Positions 41,313 to 51,026 are shown, counted from the stretch's first letter. The stretch is 64,000 bases of DNA from Trichormus sp. ATA11-4-KO1 (GCA_019358915.1 JAHHIM010000073.1:192001-256000), one strand, 5' to 3'. Program-made: numbers and translations. Notes: generated by a model not told the origin, from the sequence alone.

Positions 41313-42359
41313 ATGACTACGACACCTGTGTATTTGCTAACTATTCCGGGAAATCCCAGTATTAAAATTTCTCAAGATGAATTGCGATCGCTGTTAGGTG
41401 AAATTGAAGCTGAACTTCATCGCAGTAAAGTTTATCTTCGGGCTATGGCTACTTTACAAAAGTTGCTTGGTGCTTCAGGGGAACAAGCCAAGATGTTGTT
41501 TAAAGCTGTGGGTAGAGAGGCAATTGGTTTAGCCTTCCAGCAATTCGCGCAACATCAAAAGGTTGCCGATATTCATGAACAGACAAATACTGACAGTATT
41601 GAGCTAGAAAATACTTGTGACTTATCAGATATTCAAGTAAACACACAAAAAACCAGCACAAATGCTAGCCCAGACAACGTATCATCAACAGCCACAGTAA
41701 ACTCAATGAGCAATTCACAAATCAACTCTCCAGGTGTAGAACTGATGAAGCGGCTGAGGCTCAATAAAAAACTTTCCCAAGCTGAACTAGCCAAGCAAAT
41801 GGCAGCCGAACAGCGCTTAAAAACTATGTGCCAAATCGGTCAGCAATTAAAGCAATCTCGTGAGTTTCAAGGTCTCTCTCTGAGCCAACTTAATATTTAC
41901 ACTCACGTACCCATCCATCAGATGGAAGCTATAGAAAATGGCAAATTGGAGTTATTACCAGAAGATACTTTGGTACGTGGATTTATTCGCGTGATGGGGA
42001 ATGCCTTGGGGCTAAATGGCACAATTTTAGCTGCTTCTTTACCAGCAGCCGATATGGTGAAATCAGTCATACCTTCTTGGTCTCAATCAAAACAGAATAC
42101 CGGGGCTTTGGGAATAGAAATACGTCCTATGCATCTGTATTTAGGCTATACAGCCCTTGTGGTTGGGGCGGTAGGAGGATTGTCCCTGATTTCTCAGTCA
42201 GCAAACACTGGCAAAATGTTGAATTCAGAGGTGATAATTCCCCCATCTGCTTCTTTGTCTTCATCATCCCAGGAGTCTGAAGTAACTGCTAAACCAGGGT
42301 TGAAGTCTACCACTAGTATCAGTGCAGGAGCGGGTATTGCTCCGCCAGAGGCACTGTAA
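41313..42359 (+). CDS. HTH_25 (RodZ-type HTH) domain membrane protein
   Basis: QIGQQLKQSRE..AIENG..LPEDTLVRGFIR, then a TM segment. Confidence 0.8.
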   Translation: MTTTPVYLLTIPGNPSIKISQDELRSLLGEIEAELHRSKVYLRAMATLQKLLGASGEQAKMLFKAVGREAIGLAFQQFAQHQKVADIHEQTNTDSIELENTCDLSDIQVNTQKTSTNASPDNVSSTATVNSMSNSQINSPGVELMKRLRLNKKLSQAELAKQMAAEQRLKTMCQIGQQLKQSREFQGLSLSQLNIYTHVPIHQMEAIENGKLELLPEDTLVRGFIRVMGNALGLNGTILAASLPAADMVKSVIPSWSQSKQNTGALGIEIRPMHLYLGYTALVVGAVGGLSLISQSANTGKMLNSEVIIPPSASLSSSSQESEVTAKPGLKSTTSISAGAGIAPPEAL

Positions 42360-42365
42360 CCAAGA

Positions 42366-42596
42366 ATACTGAGTTGAATAAGAAGGAAGAAGGACGAAGG
42401 AAGGAGGAAGGAGGACGAAGGAAGAAGGACGAAGGAAGAAGGAAGGACTTTCGCACTCGGTACAAGCCCCGTCCCTTGTGGTCACTGAGCCTTGCCGAAG
42501 TGTGGGGAGAATCTTATTACTGTCAGAAGGTTGATACCCCGCCCCTTGTGGGCGGTTTTTTAACTCAGCACTCAGCACTTTTAACTCAGCACTCTT
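42366..42596. repeat. Composite repeat: GAAGGA(A/C) heptamer tract, IS200/IS605-end-like hairpins, nested short dispersed repeat, ACTCAGC tract
   Basis: AAGCCCCGTCCCTTGTG...CCCCGCCCCTTGTGGGCGG with GTCACTGAGCCTTGCCGAAGTG inside. Confidence 0.6.
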
Positions 42597-42598
42597 CA

Positions 42599-43378
42599 TT
42601 AAGCTGGTTTGAGCAGGTTTTTTGATGATTGAGAACTGATATTTTCCAGATGTGCCACGATTTCTACAGTGGCAATTTGTTGCTGTAACCAATTAGTAAA
42701 GAAATCTCCCATAATTTGCAGACGCAGATTCTCATCTAATTGTGGTTTAATGATTTCCTCAACTGCAATTATATGCACTCCTTTTGGTGTAATTATTGGC
42801 TTGAGAATTTGTGGTGGAGTAGCGGCAAAAACTGCGGCGGCAATCTCCGGTCTAAAATCTGTACGACGGCGGATTCCCTGATAGCCACCAGCACGGCGAA
42901 TTTCTGGATTTTGGATGTATTGACGAGCGACTTCTTGGAAACTGATTTCGCCTTCTTGTAGGGCATAAAATAGTTCTAGAGCTAAATCCTCATCATCTAA
43001 GACAACTTCATAAGTTACTGCACCAGAATAGTTGAGTTGATGAGCATAGAAAAATGGTTCAATTTTATCTGCAAATAAATGATTTGCTAATTTTGAAGAT
43101 ATCAGGTTGATTTTGGCTATTTCTTCTAAATCATCTAGAGAAAGATGATGTTTTTCTAACCAAGACCATGTATCTTCTGCTTTGAATAAGCGGTTAGCTA
43201 GACGGAGGTTATCTGCTGCTTTTTGTAGTTCTTCTGTTTCCACTTCAATTCCGGCTTTATCGGCTGCATCAGCAATAATTTTCTGAGTAGCGATCGCCTC
43301 TAATATACTAGGGATTTGGCAAGCTAATTTTATATAGTAAATAATATCTTCAGTAGAAACTTTTAAAATATTTGACAT
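42599..43378 (-). CDS. Parvulin/SurA-like peptidylprolyl isomerase
   Basis: SFQEVARQY, GGYQG, AAVFAA..KPIITPKGVHII; GGAGG RBS before ATG 43378. Confidence 0.85.
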   Translation of the reverse strand: MSNILKVSTEDIIYYIKLACQIPSILEAIATQKIIADAADKAGIEVETEELQKAADNLRLANRLFKAEDTWSWLEKHHLSLDDLEEIAKINLISSKLANHLFADKIEPFFYAHQLNYSGAVTYEVVLDDEDLALELFYALQEGEISFQEVARQYIQNPEIRRAGGYQGIRRRTDFRPEIAAAVFAATPPQILKPIITPKGVHIIAVEEIIKPQLDENLRLQIMGDFFTNWLQQQIATVEIVAHLENISSQSSKNLLKPA

Positions 43379-43706
43379 AATTAAATTCCTCCAATTATCA
43401 ACTAAATACAAATTAGTTTTTGACAGGTTTCAGATAAATTTGTATCGTATATATCATAATTACTTGATATGTCATTTATTGTCTCTATCTGATGATAGTT
43501 TTAATATTTTGATTAATAATTATCATTTAATTTTTAAAATATATCAATTAGAAAGTAACCTCTTTTATGACTTTTTAAATCAGCAATACAAGAGGGATAA
43601 TATTTAACAATTAAAAGCAAACAAGCAACAGAGAAGAGGCAGAGGGGAAAGGACTCATATCATACTCTCCCCTGCTCTCCTGCTGGGATGCTGACCGTGA
43701 GCTAAT

Positions 43707-45254
43707 CTAAAGCTCCAGACCGCCTTTTTGCAATTTCTTAAACGGATCTAAAACAAAGTCAATCACTCGGCGCTGGCGGATAATTACCTCTGCGGTTGCT
43801 GTCTGACCGGGCGTTAAGGCGATGCGTTGGTTACCAGCTTGCATATAAGGCTCATCCAGAGTGATATCCAAGTCATAGGTATCTACACTACCTTGATTGT
43901 TAGACTGGACTTTTGAGCTAGGTGAAATCCAACTGACACGCCCTTCCATCACTCCATAATCTTGGTAGGGATAGGCATCAAACTTGATTTTGACTGGCAT
44001 TCCCACTTCTAAGAAACCACTGTTTTGGCTCGGTATCTGCGCTTTCAGGATCAATTTACTATTCTTGGGCGCAATTTGAGCAATAATCTGTCCTGGTTCT
44101 ACTACAGGCCCTGGTTTTTGGATGGGCATCTCAAAAATTATGCCATCAACAGGCGATCGCACGACTCGTTGCTGTAACTGAATCTGCAAGGACTGAATCC
44201 GGCTCTTGGTTTGAGCTATTTCTGATTCCAGGCTAGTAATTTGCGTTTGCATGTCTTTGAGTTGTTCCTGGCTTCTCAGCAGAGCCAGTTTACCTGCTTG
44301 GACAACGCTTTGATAACTGCTTTGCTGCTCTTGCAGACGTAATTTTGCCTGCTCAATCTCCGCTACAGCTTGACTCATGGTCGCCTGATAGCGGCTCATT
44401 TCTTCTCGTAAACGCAGCTGGGCTTGTGTAATATCAGATTGTGCTTGCACAAGCAACCGTTGGCTTTCTTCTGCCGTCTTTTCTAGTTCCACAACTTGGA
44501 TTTGGGGAATTGCTCCTTGTTCCCACAGTTGACGATAGCGAGCAACTTCGGCGACATCTCGATTAAAACGACTGTTGACTAACTTCTCAGCAGTCTGGGT
44601 TGAAATAATATTCTGTCTAGCCTGTTCAACTAAAGCCTGTCTTTCCAATCGTTGTAAGTTATAAGCACTGCGTCTTGCATCAAGGTTTTGCTGCGCCTGA
44701 TTAACTTGAGACATTTTTTCCAATTCTTGGGCTTGGTTTTGTTGCTCTTGAATATTAATCGCCAGCATCAATTGGTTTTTGAGTAACTTCAGTTGTGCTT
44801 CGCGATCTATTAGCCCTTTTAGTTGTGTCTGTGTCTGTTGCAACTCTGTTTGCTGTACATCAGACTCCAACTCGAGCAAAACCTGTCCGGCTCTGACCAT
44901 TGCGCCTTCTTGAACATTGACAGCTTTAACACTACCAGGAACGGGAATTCCTAATTGGTGCGTTGCTCCTTTGGGTTCTAAACGCCCTCTAGCACTTCCT
45001 GTTTCATCAATTTTGGTGAGCATCGACCAAGGTAAGATAATGGCTGCAAATGCTACCAAGAAGTACAGTAGTGAACGTGTCCAGAGCTTTGGTAAAGCAT
45101 CTAACAGTTCTTCGGTGCCGTAAGACCAATCATTGGCCTCAGTTTCTATCTGTCTTTGATAATCAACAACAGCACTAGAGTCTTCAACCTGGTTATGCTG
45201 ATCTTGCTTTGGTTTTGCAAGTACGGATGATAAATGTTGAGATGGGTTTGGCAT
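43707..45254 (-). CDS. HlyD family type I secretion adaptor
   Basis: TM, long coiled coil, VRSPVDG, KFDAYPYQDYG, PGQTATAE. Confidence 0.93.
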   Translation of the reverse strand: MPNPSQHLSSVLAKPKQDQHNQVEDSSAVVDYQRQIETEANDWSYGTEELLDALPKLWTRSLLYFLVAFAAIILPWSMLTKIDETGSARGRLEPKGATHQLGIPVPGSVKAVNVQEGAMVRAGQVLLELESDVQQTELQQTQTQLKGLIDREAQLKLLKNQLMLAINIQEQQNQAQELEKMSQVNQAQQNLDARRSAYNLQRLERQALVEQARQNIISTQTAEKLVNSRFNRDVAEVARYRQLWEQGAIPQIQVVELEKTAEESQRLLVQAQSDITQAQLRLREEMSRYQATMSQAVAEIEQAKLRLQEQQSSYQSVVQAGKLALLRSQEQLKDMQTQITSLESEIAQTKSRIQSLQIQLQQRVVRSPVDGIIFEMPIQKPGPVVEPGQIIAQIAPKNSKLILKAQIPSQNSGFLEVGMPVKIKFDAYPYQDYGVMEGRVSWISPSSKVQSNNQGSVDTYDLDITLDEPYMQAGNQRIALTPGQTATAEVIIRQRRVIDFVLDPFKKLQKGGLEL

Positions 45255-45315
45255 AAGTAATTTAACAGTTTACTGTTAACTGTTCACCACAAAAGTAATG
45301 AGTTGAAGGTGTTAA

Positions 45316-45448
45316 GTGCTGAGGAGGGAAGAAGTAAATACTGTTGACTCAGCATTATGGTTCTGAAGCCTCCGAATTTATTTGTACACAATCCCCTAGC
45401 TTGAGTTACGGGGTACTACTCAGCACTCAGCACTCAGCACTCAGCACT
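45316..45448 (+). repeat. ACTCAGC-flanked hairpin element (related to 59791-59992)
   Basis: GAAGCCTCCGAATTTAT, CAATCCCCTAG..CGGGG, four ACTCAGC units. Confidence 0.6.
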
Positions 45449-45464
45449 AAAAACTTCCCAGGTT

Positions 45465-48400
45465 TTAAGCTGTTTGCGCCAGTTGTTGCTGGTTGAGATA
45501 GAAGTAATGACCTCTTCTGGCAATTAATTCATCGTGAGTCCCGCTTTCGACGAGTAAGCCGCGATCTAAAACCAGGATTAGGTCAGCATGACGCACTGTG
45601 GACAGGCGATGGGCAATAATCAAACTTGTGCGCCCTTTAAGAATTGTTTTCAGGTTATTTTGGATAATCCGCTCAGATTCGGCGTCGAGGTGGCTGGTTG
45701 CTTCGTCTAAAAGTAATAAGCGGGGATTTCCGAGTAAAGCACGGGCGATCGCTAGGCGTTGGCGTTGTCCTCCAGATAACATCCCGCCACCTTCGCCAAT
45801 TTGAGTTTCGTAGCCGGTTGGTAGTAGCTTGATGAATTCATCTGCTCCTGCTAAACTTGCGGCTTCAATAATTTCTGCTAAAGTGGCTTCTGGGTGAGCA
45901 ATACTGATATTTTCACGGATTGTACCGCCAAACAAAAAGGTATCTTGATCGACAACACCAATTTGTGAACGCAGCGATCGCAAGGAAATACTAGTCACAT
46001 CTTGAGCGTCAATTAATACTTTGCCATCTGTCGGCAGATATAGTCCCAAAATCAACTTGGCGAGGGTTGTTTTACCAGAACCGCTACGCCCGACAACGGC
46101 GACAGTTTGCTCAGGTTGGATTTCAAAACTGAGATTTTCGAGGACATTAATATCACTTTCTGGATGATAACGAAAAGTGACATTATCAAAGATAATACTT
46201 CCTTCTAATCTAGGTAAGAATTGCCGGGGTTGATGATGTAAGTCTTCTTCTGGTTCGGCTTCTAAAACATCATTAATCCGCTCACTAGAAATAACTACTT
46301 CCTGGAATTGATTCCACAAAACAACTAGCCTTTGAAACGGACGAATAATATTGCCCAATAACATATTAAAAGCAACTAATTGACCAATGGTAAGTTCATT
46401 TTGAATCACGAGCCATGCCCCAAACCACAGCAATCCTGTACTTACCAAAGTCTCAATTATGGAGCTAAAAATTTGCATTTTGTTACTAATTATCTGCCCC
46501 GCAAAGGTTTTTTTAATCACTTGATTCAATAGCTCTTCCCAATGCCAGCGCACTGTTTGTTCAATTGCCATTGAGCGAATCGAGCTAATACCTGTGAGGG
46601 ATTGAATCAGATAACTGTTTTCGTTAGCTGAAGCGTTAAAAGCCTCGCGGTTAATGCGGCGAAAGAATGGTGTGGCTACGAGTGCCAGAATAAAAAAGGG
46701 TGGGATAATGGCTAAACTGATTAATGCCATGGAAGCGCTGTACCAAAACATCAATCCCACATAGATAAACACTGTCAATAAATCTAAAGTGATTGATAGA
46801 GCTTCTCCGGTGAGGAATCGCTGAATTTTATAATTCTCTTGGACGCGAGAAATAATATCACCAACGTAACGTGACTCAAAAAATGCTAGCGGCAACCGAA
46901 AGGTATGTTTGATAAAACCTACTAACAGCGCTACACTGATGCGATTGGCTGTGTGATCTAGCAGATATTGCCGCAGTCCGTTGATCACGACACTGAACAA
47001 TCCAAAAATCAGTAATCCTAAACCTATGGCGTTTAATGTCAGGGCGCTACGCTGTACAACTACTCGGTCTAAGATCAACTGAGTAAATAAAGGCGTAACT
47101 AGTCCAAATACCTGAATCAACACCGAAGCCATAAAGACCTCTAGCAGCACCTTGGAATGAGGTTTGACTAAATCAAACAACTGCCAGAATTGTGTACTCG
47201 CTTCATCGGTTTCTTTGAGGAGGGCTGTAGGTTGCAATAACAACGCGTAACCAGTCCAACTAGCTTTAAATTCATCATGGGTGAGGGTGCGCTGGCCAAC
47301 TGCGGGGTCACCGATAATTACATGCTTTTTGTTGACTTCATAAACGACGATGTAGTGTCTGCCTTCCCAATGGGCGATCGCGGGGAGGGTTTGTTGTGCC
47401 AATTTATCCAGGCTGGCTTTGACAGGACGGGTAGTAAAACCAATACTTTCTGCTGCTGTGGTTAAACCCCGCAGTGATGCACCGGTGCGATTAATATTGG
47501 CTAAATCCCGCAATCGATTGACACTCAAGCGCTTACCCCAATAGCGACTAATCATCACTAAGCAAGCTGCTCCACAGTCGGCGGCGCTTTGTTGTTCAAA
47601 GAAGGGATACCGCCTGGTTAAGCGTCCCCACCATTGCCCGGCTCTGACTGTAGGACTGGGAAAATAAGCTCGTTTTTGCTTTTTTTTGGGTTCTGGATCT
47701 GGTGGCAGTAGTTGTGTGACGATTCGACTGGGGGTAATTACTTCTACAGGTCGGTTGTCTGTAGCATCTTGGCGTTCTTGAAAGTTAAGCAACTCGGCTA
47801 ATTGTGGCCAGGATTCTAGTGCTATGGGCCAATGAGCATTTTTGAGACTGTAAACAGTGGTGGGTTGCGTCGCTTGCCAATTTCCCTGTTGCGGATACGC
47901 ATAGATATTTCCCGGTGTTAATGTGTGTCCGTCAGTATGTAGTAGTTCCCCTCGATGTAATAGCCAGAGCTTGGTATCTGCAAATAGCTCTGCTGGGGGT
48001 AGGCCACTATTCAACGTGTGCCGCTCAAATAAAGATAGTGCTTTGAGTACGCCTTCTACAGAGCCATTGTGAGGAATTAGGGCGCTTTGGCAACATAACA
48101 ACAGCAAATCCCACAGTTGGGCACGTTCTTTGAGGCGATCGCGAATGCTCGCATGTTTGCGGATCACTTCTTGTAACGCTGCTTGCGGGAAATAAGCAAG
48201 TTTTAAATTTACAGATGCTCTGGCGACATAAGGACTGAATTCTGCTTCGGGAAATAAAGTCAATTCGCCAAATGATCCTCCTGTTGTCAGGGTAGTGATT
48301 AAGTTGTTAGAGCTATCTAAAAGTCTGACTTTACCCCTCAGCACAAGATAAATTCCGTTAGGCGCAGTTGCTGCTTGCCAGAATTGTTTGGCGACTGGTG

Positions 48401-48515
48401 GCTCGACAATTTCCACCCCAATTAAGCATCTTTCAATTTCTGCCTCTGAGAGTGGCTCACCTAAGGTTTTGATGAGTTGTTGAGCTAAGTGTTCCTGGGA
48501 AAACGCTGATGCCAT
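45465..48515 (-). CDS. Peptidase-containing ABC transporter (cNMP-binding-like + C39 peptidase + TM + ATPase)
   Basis: GSFGELTLF, QQSAADCGAACL, HYIVVY, GDPA, GRSGSGKT, LSGGQRQR. Confidence 0.94.
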   Translation of the reverse strand: MASAFSQEHLAQQLIKTLGEPLSEAEIERCLIGVEIVEPPVAKQFWQAATAPNGIYLVLRGKVRLLDSSNNLITTLTTGGSFGELTLFPEAEFSPYVARASVNLKLAYFPQAALQEVIRKHASIRDRLKERAQLWDLLLLCCQSALIPHNGSVEGVLKALSLFERHTLNSGLPPAELFADTKLWLLHRGELLHTDGHTLTPGNIYAYPQQGNWQATQPTTVYSLKNAHWPIALESWPQLAELLNFQERQDATDNRPVEVITPSRIVTQLLPPDPEPKKKQKRAYFPSPTVRAGQWWGRLTRRYPFFEQQSAADCGAACLVMISRYWGKRLSVNRLRDLANINRTGASLRGLTTAAESIGFTTRPVKASLDKLAQQTLPAIAHWEGRHYIVVYEVNKKHVIIGDPAVGQRTLTHDEFKASWTGYALLLQPTALLKETDEASTQFWQLFDLVKPHSKVLLEVFMASVLIQVFGLVTPLFTQLILDRVVVQRSALTLNAIGLGLLIFGLFSVVINGLRQYLLDHTANRISVALLVGFIKHTFRLPLAFFESRYVGDIISRVQENYKIQRFLTGEALSITLDLLTVFIYVGLMFWYSASMALISLAIIPPFFILALVATPFFRRINREAFNASANENSYLIQSLTGISSIRSMAIEQTVRWHWEELLNQVIKKTFAGQIISNKMQIFSSIIETLVSTGLLWFGAWLVIQNELTIGQLVAFNMLLGNIIRPFQRLVVLWNQFQEVVISSERINDVLEAEPEEDLHHQPRQFLPRLEGSIIFDNVTFRYHPESDINVLENLSFEIQPEQTVAVVGRSGSGKTTLAKLILGLYLPTDGKVLIDAQDVTSISLRSLRSQIGVVDQDTFLFGGTIRENISIAHPEATLAEIIEAASLAGADEFIKLLPTGYETQIGEGGGMLSGGQRQRLAIARALLGNPRLLLLDEATSHLDAESERIIQNNLKTILKGRTSLIIAHRLSTVRHADLILVLDRGLLVESGTHDELIARRGHYFYLNQQQLAQTA

Positions 48516-48535
48516 TTCCTGACCTCCAAGAAAGA

Positions 48536-49135
48536 TTATTTATTGGTCTGAATCAGATTTAATGACCAATGGAAATTAGGTGCGGAGTTAGATTGCAAGT
48601 CGCTAATCGTAATTCCCGCATCCTTGGTTGGGTTATTTTCTGGTGGGCAGGAACTTTTGCGTTTGGTAGAAAGTCCCATTTGTTTGAGTAGGCGATTAAT
48701 ATGGCGATCGCTAATCACAATGTCAAATTCATTTGCTAGATGCTTGCTTAACCATTGGGCTGTCCAGTAGCTAAAAGCATAACCATAATCACGAGGGCTA
48801 TGGCTTACCAATTCTTTTAAGCGTTCCAGATATTGATCATTAACAATCTTGGGTCTACCGATTGGCCGCTCATTCCATTTGTGTGCTAAACCTGCTTGTG
48901 CTAAACCAATCCAGTACCGTGCCATTTCTTGAGAACAACCTAATATTTCACAGATTTGGCTTTGGGATTTACCCACATCTGCTAGTAACATAATCTCAAT
49001 TCGTCGCCGATATTCTGGTTGTAAATTAGCTTGCAAGCTTTTCAGCAAAGCCTTCCTTTGAAAAGGCGTTAAAAACTTACTTTCTTGCATTTCGTAGTTT
49101 TCCAAGGTATTGCCTTGACTAAAAGAGTGTGACAT
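48536..49135 (-). CDS. HTH protein resembling the IS630 transposase DNA-binding region, no DDE domain
   Basis: GKSQSQICEILGCS, IGRPK, SPRDYGY..WTAQWLSKHL..ISDRHINRLLKQMGLS; 20-nt gap with GGAGG to the PCAT start. Confidence 0.82.
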   Translation of the reverse strand: MSHSFSQGNTLENYEMQESKFLTPFQRKALLKSLQANLQPEYRRRIEIMLLADVGKSQSQICEILGCSQEMARYWIGLAQAGLAHKWNERPIGRPKIVNDQYLERLKELVSHSPRDYGYAFSYWTAQWLSKHLANEFDIVISDRHINRLLKQMGLSTKRKSSCPPENNPTKDAGITISDLQSNSAPNFHWSLNLIQTNK

Positions 49136-49430
49136 ATTGATTACCAGTTGCCATTTACTGAAAATGTGGGTAATTTTATCCGTTGCAGCTATGGCAAAAA
49201 CCTGCCTGAATCAGGTTTTGCCATTACAAAATTAATCAGCCTTGTTCAGCTAATTAAGTATTTACGTAATGTGCGACTAATGCTTGGTGTTTTCCCCTAG
49301 TATTGTGACGATCTAGGGAATATGTACCCGTTTTATCTTGGCTTTTTCTCCCTCTCATTTCACCATATTAATAGGCTGCGCGAAAATGAAAAGAGTAATT
49401 AAAAAGCTTTTGATACATCACGGGATTTTG

Positions 49431-49694
49431 CTATTTTTCCCAGTTAGCAAATTCTTCGTTAAAGATGACGCTCCCAAAGTGCGAGCGTAGATAGTCAGTA
49501 AGTAGTAGTAAGCAAACCTGACAAAATATGCAGCAAGCATAGCTGTTGTCTACTCTAAATAAACAGCAATTTCTGGTAAGACACCTAAAACCAGTGAATT
49601 CCTCACTGGCTAACCCTAATAATTGAACAGACTTCCCTGAAGCCTGGTGTGATGTTGGTAGTGCTTTCAACCAAGGTAATTGGTTGATGATCAT
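49431..49694 (-). CDS. Putative Cys-rich small protein
   Basis: 87-aa ATG ORF co-oriented with the T1SS locus; 7 Cys in residues 38-61; no clear RBS. Confidence 0.45.
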   Translation of the reverse strand: MIINQLPWLKALPTSHQASGKSVQLLGLASEEFTGFRCLTRNCCLFRVDNSYACCIFCQVCLLLLTDYLRSHFGSVIFNEEFANWEK

Positions 49695-50412
49695 AGGGAA
49701 GTAATTTAGAGTCTTTTGGCGACTCCTATTTTGAGGATGTTACTGATAGCTTGTATGGCGCAGCCATACTCTGTAATACAGGTTAATAAGTCACCCTCAA
49801 AATATTTAAATTGGTTATGTTTTGATTACCAAAAAGTGGTTGAAATGTGTTCCGCAATAAATCGGAACTTAGAGGCAGCTAAGGTCAGGTATGAATACAA
49901 ATCTACTTCCTAGACTATTCTAGGACTAGATATTAACTCATTAACAGATTTTGATAAATCTGAAATAATTTGGAAAATAAGTTCAACGAAAAAGCGACAG
50001 TTTTTCACTCTAGTGTCTTAACCTACTGTTATCCTTTTAGAAATTTTCCGACATCTAGTCAATAGTTTTGCGAAAAAAGCCGAAATCTTTACTCAATATT
50101 GATTATATCTTTACTTGAAATTAATAATTAAATTTATTTGTAAAAATTGGTATAGTTATTAATTTTACTTTTACACAAACCATTGGCATTAAACTTTGCT
50201 TATTAAACCAAAATTATCTACATCAAAATCAGGAGTTATCGCAAAACTTTTAACTATAAAAAAATAAGCTTAAAAAAGAATTAGAAATTATTCATCTATC
50301 TTCAGCAGTAAAAGAATACATTTATGAATCTCTCTATTTTTTATCAATCAAGTATCTATCTCTAGGATGAAATTTATATAAGTTGGCACTAAAGATAAGC
50401 AATGAGAGGCTC

Positions 50413-50445
50413 AGATCCCCGACTTCTACAAGAAGTCGGGGATCT
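50413..50445. repeat. Palindromic dispersed repeat
   Basis: AGATCCCCGACTTCT-ACA-AGAAGTCGGGGATCT, 15-bp stem. Confidence 0.75.
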
Positions 50446-50541
50446 TTTTATTCATGACTCATTAAGGGTTGGTCGTAGTACCAAGAATCAATTTTTACCC
50501 CAACTTATGGGATTGCTACCAAAAATTTCCTGACTTTAAAA

Positions 50542-50571
50542 ATAAGCCGGAGATTTGACTCTCCGGCTTAT
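50542..50571 (-). terminator. Intrinsic terminator
   Basis: ATAAGCCGGAG / CTCCGGCTTAT stem followed by a T-run on the minus strand. Confidence 0.6.
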
Positions 50572-50712
50572 ACAGTTTACAAAAGTAAAAAGGCATAAAT
50601 CAGGGAGTTTTGATTCCCTGAGTTGATCACTATCGCCTAAACTAAATAAACAGCACTAGCTTTTTGAAAGCATTACTCTTCATCCAGTGCAGGCAAAAAA
50701 GCCTGTTTCAAT

Positions 50713-50892
50713 CTATAGAATGCCCCAAAAATGAAGAAAGCCTTGTCCAGTGAAAACTTCCAGTAGAACAGCTGATAAAAAACCAATCATTGCAAAACGG
50801 CCGTTCCAGTTTTCACTTTGAGGAGTGAATCCCCAACGCAAAGCATTAGGGTCTTCAGTCACTGAGGAGGTAGTTTTCTTGATATCTGACAT
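50713..50892 (-). CDS. hli: High-light-inducible protein (HLIP/Scp)
   Basis: [26 protein letters not shown] before ATG 50892. Confidence 0.93.
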   Translation of the reverse strand: MSDIKKTTSSVTEDPNALRWGFTPQSENWNGRFAMIGFLSAVLLEVFTGQGFLHFWGIL

Positions 50893-50933
50893 AATTAGCA
50901 CTCCTAGATTTTACGTGGCAAAAATTGCGTCTG

Positions 50934-50951
50934 TATGTAAATTAATGTAAC
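50934..50951 (-). promoter_or_regulatory. HLR1 (RpaB-binding) motif
   Basis: Minus strand GTTACATT-AA-TTTACATA fits (G/T)TTACA(T/A)(T/A)-nn repeated, upstream of hli. Confidence 0.8.
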
Positions 50952-51026
50952 AGATGTTTACGAAATTGCAACATTACATGCAACATTGGCTGAGGTAATT
51001 TCTGTATTTTGGATCAAGCCTCTCAC

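Noticed and set aside
42264..42692. ORFs 42264-42692 (-) and 42374-42625 (+)
   Set aside because: Translations of heptamer repeat tracts overlapping real genes
48536..49135. Active IS630 element
   Set aside because: No DDE domain, second ORF or terminal inverted repeats
50947..50961. GTA..TAC upstream of hli as an NtcA box
   Set aside because: Spacing is N9, not N8; the overlapping HLR1 motif explains the sequence
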